Positions 23,959 through 35,939 of a stretch of DNA of 64,000 bases are shown piece after piece (the stretch's first letter is position 1; the number at the start of each line of letters is the position of its first letter). The notes beneath the pieces were generated by a model. That model did no database searches, was not told where the DNA came from, and worked only from the letters and a program-made list of their open reading frames with translations. The translations under genes were made by a program, and so were the position numbers. Origin of the DNA: Mobula hypostoma (taxonomy: Eukaryota); the NCBI RefSeq assembly GCF_963921235.1, contig NC_086098.1, positions 155,620,001-155,684,000 on the forward strand, in the 5' to 3' direction.

Positions 23959-26900
23959 ACATTATTCTTCTGGCAACTTGTATATTTTTTGTATATCAAC
24001 AGTTGAGAATAACCGACAAATCCCCTAATACATTGACACTACGAACGCCATCTTTTAACGTCAATATTTCAACGCCGTCTTTTAACGTAATTCTGCCAAG
24101 AATTCGAAAAGCCGGCATGCGGTTACAGGTTGTCACGTGAGCAGAATGTGTTGAATGGTGTTGGAGATGCCGCGATACAAAAACAGCAGCAACTGGCGTT
24201 GATTTACAGTAGCGATTCCCATAGTCACTAACTAACAAAGGTAACAGATGTCTGAATAAATTGTGGAATTACAAAAAGGGACAACTTGTGCCTACTCAAA
24301 ATATGATAAAGCCCGTAGTCCGAAGTGAACAAAAAGTAGTTAGCTGCTGATGGAATTTGTACTCATGGCGTTTCAGAGAAAGAAGCCAAAAATCTATAAA
24401 GGCTATGTTTGCTGCTATATCCTTTGGCTCACGACGTAGAGTCTGAACGGTGCCAAAAAACACCATCTCAGAACTGCTCTGCATTTTCCCCGATCCAGGC
24501 GAAGCAGTAAGAGGGTTCCATCCTGAAATGTTGTCAAAATTCTTTGACAGCTCATGATGTGACCCTGGATGTATCGGTTATTAACCATAAAACTGAGACA
24601 AGGAATAGGACGTTCTGTCCTCCTAACATGTTCGGACATTCATCAAGTTGTAGTTGAGATTCGACCTCAGCGTCATGTTCCTGCCTCTGTCTTAACATTC
24701 AGAAACCCGTCGATTATATGAACGAATTTAATAACCGTGCCTTGAAAGGGTGGAGAATTCCGCCACCGAGTGCACATTAAGCGCATGTTCTTGACTGATG
24801 AGCGGGTTGACCCAAGTTGCCATTTACAAGAACATGAGGGAACGCCCCTAAGTCAGAATCCCGCCAAAAGGGCCGGAATGTTTCTCACTTCAGTTCTAAG
24901 TAGCAACCGCTCCGTCTGAAACTGGAGTCATGATCGTGGACTCCTTATCTTGGAAAATCTCTTGTCTTCATGCAACGTGTTAAGATCTGTTGTAATTTAA
25001 AAATTCATTGAGATCTCCCCTCATACTCGTAAATTCTGGAGAAAACAGGACCGGACTACGCAAGTTATTCTCATACGGTGAGTCCACCGTCCCTGGAACT
25101 AGTCTGGTGAATATTTGTTGAAACCCCTCCATCTATTTAAGCGGCGATATCAAAACTACAGAATGACGTCAACATTCGTGTACTTAAATCTCTCTCATGA
25201 CAAAGGCTAAAGTAACATTTGTCTTCCTCGTGGTCTGTTGTTCTGGCACTTTCGCTCGCAGGAATCCGAAACCCGTTTAGCTTTCAGCAACTCTACCATG
25301 AAAGTAATATTGTCTGATATTGAGATTTTGTAAAATATATTAAATTTGGAACATGTTATTAAACAACTAAACTAACGTTTTAATTAAAATTAGTTCCTGA
25401 AACAGATAAATACACAAATTGTTAAAATAATAAATGAAAATAAGCCAAACTTAAACAATCTATCTCTCTTTTTACACAACTGATCTTTTCCCTACACCCC
25501 ACAAACAATGATGCCTCTAATGGTTTGAAGTGTGAACCTGGGTCAAGATACAAGGGTCAATAACAGTGCAGTTCTGGGTCCTGTCTTTTCAGTTCTGCTA
25601 CATCTCAGCATTTGTACTCCAACAAAAACTGACCGGCATGCAGATGGTTTTCAATAAATCGTTCTCAAAGCTCGAAAATTCGCACTTTACAAAGAATTAC
25701 CAATTCCATGTGGTCGAAAGAAGATTTAATCAAAATAGGGAGTGCTGTTCTAGTCAAAGAGTTTCTGTATAACTTAAAATACGATTATATATATTGAAAA
25801 TCGCTAAAGGGAAACCATTTTTTTGCACCGATGTTCGACCTTTTTAACAGAATATAAGCAGATTGCCCTTTGGATGAACGATTGGCATGTTTGATTAGTG
25901 GAGGAAGGTACAAGGTGTCAGATGTTCTGGTGGTTGTCGCAGTAGGGGTCCGATTGCTGGGGTGTAATAATATTAGGTAGAAGTCATCGATGCCAAGGAT
26001 TCTCATTAGGGCAGTGATCAATGAGCATAACGAGAAGACATTAATGACGCTCCTTTTGGGATTATATAGAGTTAGGATTTGTCCAGGTGCTTATTGATTC
26101 TGAGCATGCGTGTGAGGCCTGTAAATATTTCTCAACAGTGCATTTAGGTGGCGGAGGTTTCCTCCCTGTCACTGAGATCATTAACAATAGTGTGAGACTT
26201 GTACTTTGAATAACCTGAATGGATTCCATGGTCCTGGCATACAGAATCCCTTTAGCCCATCTCCCTGTCATTGTCGAAGTATCCTCATATAAACGTCCAC
26301 TTTATGCTTGCATGTTATGCTTTGATTAAGCATGGCTTTTGTTGTACTGCATAAAAAAGGCGAAGTCAGTAAGAACTCCCTGAAGTGAATCCCAATGAAA
26401 TCTCTAATGACCACCTTTGTCTGTTCTAATATTTCTCCAGGAATTTATAGTTATCTTTGAAATAAAAGTAAGCTGACACAGTTCAGCATTTCCGTAAGCA
26501 TGCAATCTTTGATTGTATTAAATATCTGTTCATATTATAGGATTCTTGCTGTAAATTAGTAACATTTTGGTCGCATCTAATAAATCAAGGGCCGAAGAAA
26601 GATGCAGCAATACCAACATTGGACCACCAAGCTCCACCCACTGCCTATCCCTGCTGCAGCAGGACCATGTATCTTGCCCATTGTCCTGCTGTTCCTCGTA
26701 CGCTGTGCTTCACAAGGTGTTCTAAAGTCTATCAGTGTCACCGATGAATACCCTATATGTCTGATCTCTGAGGAGAAAGTTGGGAATGCTTTATATCAAA
26801 AGAAACTTTTTAGTTCTCAAATTATCCAAATCTTCACTCAAAAACGGTTGACTCCAGACCTAGTTTTAACAGCTAGAGAAAAGGCTTCCCAATATCTGGT

Positions 26901-27870
26901 TTCTCAAACTAATTGAGGATTTTGCACAGAGATCGTGTCACATACTGTCAAACTACAATAAACTTACTCCAGATTTCTTAAATATCTGTTTAATGGAAAT
27001 TGTTTTCACCTTAGGAATTAATTCAGTCTACTATGCTGCATTGATCCCAAGCAAATATATCGTGTCTTAGACACAGAAAACACACACTAGGTAGAAAAAA
27101 ACCGTGGTCTCTGGAACTTACTATAAAATATGAACAAGTCATTTAAATATACCACTTACCTCCTCAATGCGAAGCCAAATGATAATGCGTGAAAGTAATA
27201 CTGTAAACATTTTCTATTACATTTGACAAATCAAAATTGAAAGATCAGAATCAAAAGGTCAGCTAATGCATCAAAATATGGACTCATTATTTACTGTTAA
27301 TTAATTACAAAAGTCAATAATCACTTTAGATTTATTGCTCTGCAACACCGCCACCTATGGCGCAATATATTGTATGAAATATCACCACTCCAGTTTCCCC
27401 ATTTCCATTTGATTTATCTGATCTCGTCGGAAACTACTTCGATATTAGTTTCACACATTCATATCGACGTGTAGTAAGGATTTTCATTATTTCAGTGAGG
27501 TGCCTCTCTGTTCTAAACACTGGAGAATTAAAGTATAGCATTTATAACTCTCCACATAGAATTAACCCCTACTCCCAGATGCTAAACGGACGAATCCTCT
27601 TCATTTCCCCGCATTCGTAAGCACCCTTGGGGAAAGAATTACAACCTGTTTAAATTGGACACCACGATAGCAGTGCGAGCCAGAGGGCTCTCGGAGTTCG
27701 GAGGTCAATCCCGACGTCTTTTGTCAGCAGCTTTTATGCTCCTCCCCTTGAACTCGCGGGTTTCCTCCAGGTGTGCCTATTTCTTTCCACATTCCAAAGA
27801 TCTGGATTGTAAATTGTCCTTTGATTAAGCTAGGATTCATAGGTGGATTGCTGGGTTGTGAGACTTATAG

Positions 27871-29062
27871 CATGGGGGTCCCCAACCTATTTTGCACTGC
27901 GGACTGGTTTAATATTGACGATATTCTTGCGGACCGGCCGACCCTGGGCGGGTTAGGGTTGCCAACGGACAAAAGTAGCAATCAAATAAGTTGTGTTTAC
28001 CCAGAGAAAGACTACAATGACCTTGCGCGGGCATCTGTGTGCGCATGCGTGTACGTGTCGATTTTTTTTCTACAAATCGTTTTTGGCGATTCTGTTCGGT
28101 GGCGGGCATACGACCGGAATATAGGTGATAAGTGGGTAATACACTCAATTTCGTTTCTAAAAGGGGTTATCTACAGAATTTAATAATAAACACACAGCAT
28201 ATTTTCCTCGCATGAATATAGTGATAAGTCAATTATCAGGGGAGGACAGGGGAGCTTGAAGAAAGTGTTGAACGAACTCCCAGTAGAAGTGGCAGAAGCA
28301 GGTTCGTTATTATCATTTAAAGAAAAATTGGATAGCCATACGGACAAGAAAGGACTGGAGGGTTGTTGGCTGAGTGCAGGTCGGTGGGACTAGGAGAGTT
28401 TAGCGTTTGGCGCGGGCTAGAAGGGCAGAGATAGCCTATTTCCGTGCTGTAATTGCTATATGGTTATATAGGTCACTTATAAGTCAATATCATCATAACA
28501 GTGTAAGTAACATTTGGCTGTTAAACACACAGCCCATATTTTCCCCATATGAACATATAAAATCATTGCAACACACCACTATCGCTGAATCAGTGGGAGC
28601 CCTGGGCTTGTTTACCTGCAACAAGACGGTCCTATCGAGGGGTGATGGGAGACAGCGATACTCATAGGGGGTTCCTTATGTCCAATCTATTCTGCAATTT
28701 AGTTTTCGTTTTATTCATTGCAGAGATATGTTGGAAATGGAAGCAACGTTTTCAGTGCTTTCGTGGCTATCTCAGGAGATTTAGCCTTGACTTTGATCCA
28801 GAATGCCGGCAGAGATATTATGTCAAACATACTTTTCAGCCCGCTGTCATTTGCAAGCTCGAGGAGTTGATCTCCTTCCCGCGCTGACATGGTTGACGTG
28901 CGGGTAGTAACCTCGCATGCGTTCAAGCTCAACAGTGCGTGACAGGGAATGAGAAAATGGGAAGCTGACTCCTATCGCCAAATCATATCGTTTCCTCGCG
29001 GCCCGGTAGCGAATGCTTTGCGGCCCGGTACCGGTCCGCGGCACGGTGGTTGGGGACGGCTG
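27871..29062 (-). mobile_element. Non-autonomous hAT/Buster element inserted into a V-SINE
   Basis: TIR cores tccccaacc / ggttgggga, an 8-bp TSD acttatag/gcttatag (central TA), and a transposase C-terminal remnant LKSMFDIISLPAFWIKVK..ATKALKTLLPFPTYLC (28711-28932). A CR1 3' fragment is nested at about 28190-28480. Confidence 0.85.
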
Positions 29063-29526
29063 GCTTATAGGGTCGGAATGGCCTGTTCCACGCTATGCCT
29101 GTAAATAATTAAATAAACAGATAGATAGATAGATAAATAGATAGATAAATCTTCAGGTGCCGTCCTGTGAAGGTGCGACTGTGAGTCCACTATGGTATCT
29201 TAGCATTATAATCATGTCCTATTGCCCTTCCCGCTGATTGTTTTCATTTACATTGACTGTCGGTGATTCATTTGTAGATCCTAAATTGTCTTCTAATACT
29301 GACATTGTAATCTATTGCTTTGATTTTCAATTCGTATACATGATTACTTCATGTTCAGAAAGGACAATCAACTTGTTTAATGTTATACTTTTTAGTGCCG
29401 TTTCTCAAGTTTCCATTGAGATTTCAGATTTCAAATTTCGTTCGCACACTGATGTGAACTTGAATAAGATGCCTTAAACTTTTTTATTACAATTTTATTG
29501 TATGTCTAACACGCTTCACTTTGTAA

Positions 29527-32500
29527 GTAACGTTCAGTTATATTGGCTCGTGTATGTCTAGGGGAAATCCAGCCCAGCACCCGCCTCAACACTCCCCACA
29601 GGGTCGGTTGCCGTCCGAATCAATCACAAACATCAATCATCAGCCAGCACACCCAGTAAATTTTAACAAATACACTTTATAGATATTACTAATTCTATGA
29701 CATTAATATACATTTGATACAGAGAGGAAAGTAATGAAAAAAAAGGCGCCAACACTTATTAAAGTCCAAGTTCTTTGCGCGCTACGTTGGAGCTCAATTC
29801 GACATCAGACGACCACCCGAATTCCGTCGACTCATGGCTCGGGACCACCCTGAGTGATCAACCGGAGCCTCTCCACACGTCCGCGGTCTTCCTCGTCTCT
29901 CCTCCGACTCCCCGCTAAAACTCAGTCCACAGTCATATCATACAGCATGGTATCCGAAAGCAAAACGATACATAACCACCCATTGGCTAATAGAACTCTG
30001 TTATCTCATTTTAAAATAAAACAACTGTTAGCGCAAACTCTCTTCAGCGTTAAAGCACAACAAAGCCGCATTCCCCAGATTAACATAACAAAGTCGCCAT
30101 TTTAAATGTAGCAAAAGAAAGACCCCGTACACTCTCCCCCCACCACAAAAAGTCATGCCCTGATGATGTTACCATAGTTCACCAGTGCTCCTTGTAAAAC
30201 ACAAAACCCAACCCAGGTGCATAAAGCAGTGACATAACTTTGCAGGGCAATAGAGATCACCCCCTGCTCTCCCGGCGCTGTATAAGTTAGTCTCTCCGGG
30301 AGATGCCTACTCCTCTGAGGCTCCTGTACTTCCTCTGCTGACTCTCCCTGTTCAGTCACCCCAGTTGACACCTCGGGCCTATCTGTCGGACCTTCCCCCT
30401 CACCGCGATCCCTCTGCCCCTGTGAACCATCTGGCTCGGGTTCTGCCTCCACCCTCTCCTCCCCCAATCCCGGCTGTAATACAGGCGGCTCTGCCTCCAC
30501 CCTCTCCTCCCCCAATCCCGGCTGTAATACAGGCGGCTCTGCAACACCCTCCCCCAATCCCGGCTGTAATACAGGCGGCTCTGCAACTCCCTCCCTTGGT
30601 TCCCCTGACTCACTGATGGAAGGCCCAGGAGCCTCTTCTCCCAGCACCGGGGAATCAGCGAACGGAAGCAGGTACCACACGTCCGAATCATCATCTTCCG
30701 ATGACGTATCCCTTCTCGAGGTGGGGACTGGCCCCGTCTCTTTCGCAGCGGGCTCTTCCCTCGCCCCGCACCCTCGCAGATTCCTCGTAATAGGAGTAAA
30801 CTCCCATTCGGGCTCTGGGTCTACCTTCACCTCTCGACCCAGAGGCAACAGGTGGTTCTGATGGAGTACCTTGACAGGCCCCTGCCCGCCCTCAGGTCTC
30901 ACCTGGTAAACCGGGAGATTCGGCATCTGACTCTCCACCACATAAGGGGTGGCTGCCCAACGGTCCGCCAACTTGTGCTTACCAGGTAGTCCTAAATTCC
31001 TGATAAGGACTCGGTCTCCCGGCAATAGCTGGACGAACTTTACCTTCTGATCATACCTCCTTTTATTCCGCTGGTTCTGCTTGGTGGCTGCCGCCTCAGC
31101 CAACTCGTACGTCCTTTTCAGCTCTCTCCTCATATCGGACACGTACTTCAGACATGGCTTCGAAGGTATTTCCCCCGCTTCAGTCCCAAAACACAGATCA
31201 ATGGGCAACCTCGCTTCCCGTCCGAACATCAGATAGTAGGGAGAGTACCCTGTAGCATCATTGCGAGTACAATTGTAACAATGAACCAAATGGGCGATGT
31301 GTCGACTCCACTTACTCTTCTGTCCAATCTCCAAGTTGCCGAGCATGTCCAGCAGGGTCCGGTTAAACCTCTCGGGTTGAGGATCACCCTGCGGGTGATA
31401 GGGGGTGGTTCTGGACTTTTCAACCCCAAGCATATCTAGCAATTCATGTATAAGCCTGCTCTCGAAGTCCCGTCCCTGATCACTGTGGATCCGCCGGGGA
31501 AGGCCATAATGAACAAAGTACTTCTCCCATAACACCTTCGCCACTGTAGTCGCTTTCTGATCCTTAGTAGGAAAAGCCTGCGTATATCTAGTGTAGTGAT
31601 CCGTGAGGACCAAGACATTCGCGGTGTTGCTGGTGTCTGGCTCAATAGACAGGAAATCCATACACACCAGGTCCATGGGTCCCGCACTCTGCAAGTGGGA
31701 TAACGGGGCCGCCTGCGCAGGCAAGGTCTTCCTCCTGACGCAACGACTTCAGGTCTTACAGTATTCTTCCACCTCCCCCCTCATCCGGGGCCAGTAAAAC
31801 TGGTCCTTGACTAATCCATAGGTCTTCTCTACCCCTAAGTGCCCGGAATCATCATGTAGAGCCTGGAGCACAGTCTTCCGATACTTCTCAGGCATGACCA
31901 GCTGCCAGCGCCGGGGGTGGTCCGGAGGCGACGTGACCCGGTACAGGACGTGGTTCTTCAGCTTCAACCGGGGCCACTCCTTCAGTAGTAGGGGAACGGA
32001 GGCGTGTTTCGCCTTCTCCACCTGCCCCATATCACCCCGGCTAACCGCGTACCAGATCGTGCCAATGCTCGGGTCATCACGCTGAGCCGCCCCACTTCCT
32101 GGGGGCTCAACTCCGGCAGCTGCCTGTTCCTCAGAGCAGTCACATTACAGTAAACAGTGGGCAGCGCGTCATCGTCAGCCCCCAACTGATCCACTACCCG
32201 ATCCGTTCCCATCAGTGCTCCTACTTCCCCGTCACTCCCAACTTGACACATGGCCTTTACTCCCTGGGCGGGGACACTCCTCCACTCCTCAGCCGTGCCC
32301 GACTCGTCGTGCGCCCGACGAGACAGGGCATCTGCATCGATGTTCCGACTCCCCGGGCGGTACTTCAGGCTGAACTCATAGGCAGACAAGGCTGCTAACC
32401 ACCGGTGCCCAGTGGCGTCCAGCTTTGCCGAGGTCAGGATATAATTGAGGGGGTTGTTGTCAGTTCTCACCTCAAACTGGGCCCCGTATAGATAGTCACT

Positions 32501-33340
32501 CAACTTGTCCACCACCGCCCATTTCAACGCCAAGAACTCCAACTTGTGAGTGGGATAGTTTCTCTCAGATGGCGACAAACTCCGACTGATAAACGCTACC
32601 AGCCTCAATCCGTTTCCCCGTTCCTGGTACAGAACAGCCCCCAGACCGTCGTGGCTGGCATCAGTGTGTAGAACATACGGCTTCCGGGGATCAGCAAAGG
32701 CCAACACTGGGGCCTGTGTCAGCGCCCTTTTCAGAGATTGGAACGCCTCCTCATATTGAGCATCCCACCTTAAAATCTTATCTCAATCCATCTTCACACC
32801 ACTTACCACAACGACAAGTACAACTTTCCCGAAAAGTCCAAATCCCGGACGGTAGTCCCCACTTGTAATGTTCCGTTATACTGGCTCGTGTATGTCTAGG
32901 GGAAATCCAGCCCAGCAGCCGCCTCAACACTCCCCACAGGGTCGGTTGCCGTCCGAATCAATCCCAAACATCAATCATCAGCCAGCACACCCAGTAAATT
33001 TTAACAAATACACTTTATAGATATTACTAATTCTATGACATCAATATACATTTGATCCAGAGAGGAAAGTAATGAAAAGAAAAAGGCGCCAACACTTATC
33101 AAAGTCCAAGTTCTTTGCGCGCTCCGTTGGAGCTCAATTCGACTTCAGACGACCACCCGAATTCCGTCGACTCACGGCTCGGGACCACCCTGAGTGATCA
33201 ACCGGAGCCTCTCCACACGTCCGCGGTCTTCAACTGCTAGCGCAAACTCTCTTCAGCGTTAAAGTACAACAAAGCCGCATTCCCCAGATTAACATAACAA
33301 AGTCGCCATTTTAAATGTAACAAAAGAAAGACCCCGTACA
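29527..33340 (-). mobile_element. Internally deleted Ty3/Gypsy LTR retrotransposon (RNase H + integrase only)
   Basis: LTRs at about 29527-30131 and 32864-33340, a PPT GGGGGGAGAG next to 30131 and a decayed tRNA-Pro PBS at 32842-32861. RNase H LHTDAS..GLGAVLYQ..ELEFLA-like motifs (31982-32707) and integrase DFLS..HSDQGRDFES..PERFNRTL (30153-31724) are present; gag, PR and RT are absent. Confidence 0.93.
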
Positions 33341-33644
33341 TTTATATTAAATGAAATATATTTTTATATATTCATTATATTATATAGATATATAGTACTA
33401 TCATGCTCCAATGCTCTGTAATTTTCTGAACTCACTGTTAAATTTACTAACAATATTCTAGCCATGTTAGGTAGTTTATATCAGGTTACATATATAACTG
33501 CCATGAAATCGTCCACCTTATTACAAATGCTGTGTGCATTCCAGTAAATAGTTTTGGCTTGCTACCATTTCTCCGTTTCTGGCTATGTTTCTATGTTCTG
33601 TTATCATTACCAAATTTGTTAACCTGAACCAGTGCCTGCTTTTC

Positions 33645-33860
33645 CATCTTATAAAGGTAAAAAAGGTAAAGTTTCTCCCCGCGTCTTGTTTGGCAGCAAC
33701 CGTGCCGTTTCTTTAGCGGTTGTCTGCTTTATGGGGCCGAGTCGCTTGCTTGATGCTCAACTCTGCACGATGGAAAGCGCGGAAGGAGCCGGCCGATTTC
33801 CAACCCGGAGCCTAGTATTCTGAAGTCCGGGTGCGGATATCACTATACCACCGTCCCAGA
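33645..33860 (-). mobile_element. tRNA-headed SINE
   Basis: The minus strand starts cggtggtatagtga (A box) ... gggttggaaatc (B box) and ends in an (accttt)n-like tail. Confidence 0.5.
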
Positions 33861-34129
33861 CCTGTTCCTTCAATACTTGCAGCAAAATAAGACCCACCTT
33901 CAAAAATTTATTGCCACTCACCCCATCCCCGCCACCAACACTACTCCAAGAATTTAATTTACAGCATAATCTAGAGTTCTTGTTAATTAATTTACTATGA
34001 AAAAGATCATAGCCCAATTCAAGCTCTTCATTTATCTGTCCATCTATCCATCTATCTATCTATCTCTGTCTGTCTATCTATTTATCCATCCATTCATTCA
34101 TTCATTCAGCGCAGAACAGGCCCCTCTGG

Positions 34130-34560
34130 CCTTTCAAACCGTACCACCCAGTAACCTCCGACAATCTCGATTTAACCCCGGAGCACCCAGGGGATATCCA
34201 CACATTCTTCGGGGAGGACGTAGAAACCTCTTACAGAGGACGCCGGCAGCTCTCTCCTTTCCTTGTACTGATACCAGTGACCCCGGAGATGAAAGCCACT
34301 GCTGTCTGTGTGGAGTTTGCAAGGTCTCCTTATGATCGCGTGAGTTTTCTCCGGGCACATCGGTTTCCCGCCATATAACAAAGACGTCCGTTACTTGTAG
34401 TTTACTAGGCCTCCGTAAATTGCCCCAAATGCGTTGGTGGATGGTAGTATGAACGGAAGCTGTGTGAAGAATGATCATTGGATCAATGTAGAATTAACAA
34501 AAGTGTGTGGTTGTAAGACGGCGGGGACTTGATGGGCCGACAGTTTGTTTATGTCTCCTT
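34130..34560. mobile_element. Two adjacent V-SINE-like fragments in opposite orientations after a tetranucleotide microsatellite
   Basis: aaccccggagcacccagggg (minus strand) and gagttttctccgggcacatcggtttcccgcca (plus strand), with (TCTA/CATT)n at about 34033-34108. Confidence 0.55.
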
Positions 34561-35939
34561 GACTCTTCAATACTCTTCAGACGGAGTAGACGCTTTTAAC
34601 TTAGGCAACAGTTATGTGGGGACTTGCGTCTGTGTTGGAAATTCCTACAGCACTCATCCACATGCCTCTACACTTCCTGAAGTTGTATGAAGTCTGTGCC
34701 GTGTCCCGTTTGCTCATTCTTTCTACAGACCTATCTCCATAGATAGTAAGGATATCACAACTGTTAAATTTAATTGCAGGATGAATGCACCTGCCTCACA
34801 GATAGTCAAATATTCCTCTCCTTCTTGCAAGTCTATTTCTGCATCGCTAGAATCTAACAGCCGTGAGAGACTCTCGGTATAAAACACCCACCCGGAACTC
34901 TCCGCATTGGATTCCCTGGTTTCAGTTTCTCAGCTCTGAGCCCAAGTAAGCTGAACTGCAGTTACCTATCGGGGGTGTTGTAACCACAGGTCACAGTAGT
35001 TTTCGCCAACTCCCAGAAACGGTGGCCACGGCGTTTGAGCTATGGTACAATTGTATAGAAATGAAAAATAACAGAAGACAATTACAAACTGTGAATACAA
35101 TTATGTTCATGTTATTATTAATCGGTTGGTAATCTGTGAGCTGAACATTAGCTATATGAAATTCACATAACTATCTTGTTCTCGAATACCATTTAGAGAG
35201 CAATATTACGGGTCAATCTGAAGGGCTGGGACAAAAAGTGCAAATCGATCAGCTCGATGCCCCTGAAAGAATTACAAAATGATCCATACTAACAGTGCAG
35301 ATTCAATACCTATTTCAAAATTTCAACATGCCAAAAGGACGCCAATACAAAACAGTGCATTTATTTTTGTTTACAATTGATAGAACAAGACTCTATGGGA
35401 ATGCTGAACAAATACAACACAACACCGCCATTTTAGGGCAGGAGTGAAAACTCTATTTTATTAGGCCATATTAGTGAAAATATAGTAATAACTATCCGTA
35501 GAAATTAACAGGGCAGAACATTCACTTTAAAGTAGTTCAATTACTTCAAAAATCCTTCTGTTTGTGTAGAATTAGTAGCACTCGGTGGAGTTATAGATAC
35601 GTTCTGTCTTTTAAGGCTGATTCCGGTCGCGTTAGGCAAGATGCTGAGTTAATGGAAATAGTACCAAGGGAAGTATAATAGTGTCTCGTAATTTGGTGTT
35701 GTCTTCATGTACTATGGCTGCATAAATAGACGCTCTTTCTACCGCACATGTGGGCGAACATTTTGGAACCATTGTCTGAAGTAAAAGGATCCGCGATTCA
35801 GTATTGAAATGAAGACAATTTTCTTTAGTCAGAAGTTAGTGCATTTTAGGAATTCTCTATCCAAGACCGGTGCAGGTGCTCAGAAGTTGAGAATGTTCAA
35901 AACAGATGAATAGACATCAATAGAGCTGCATTTACTACT

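Noticed and set aside
33790-33860. tRNA-like A/B boxes here and in the V-SINE heads
   Set aside because: No complete cloverleaf, and each continues into a SINE body and tail; these are SINE heads, not tRNA genes.
34878-34950. TATAAAA followed about 60 nt later by a GTAAG donor-like site
   Set aside because: No ATG or leader ORF and no downstream exon could be identified; compatible with chance.
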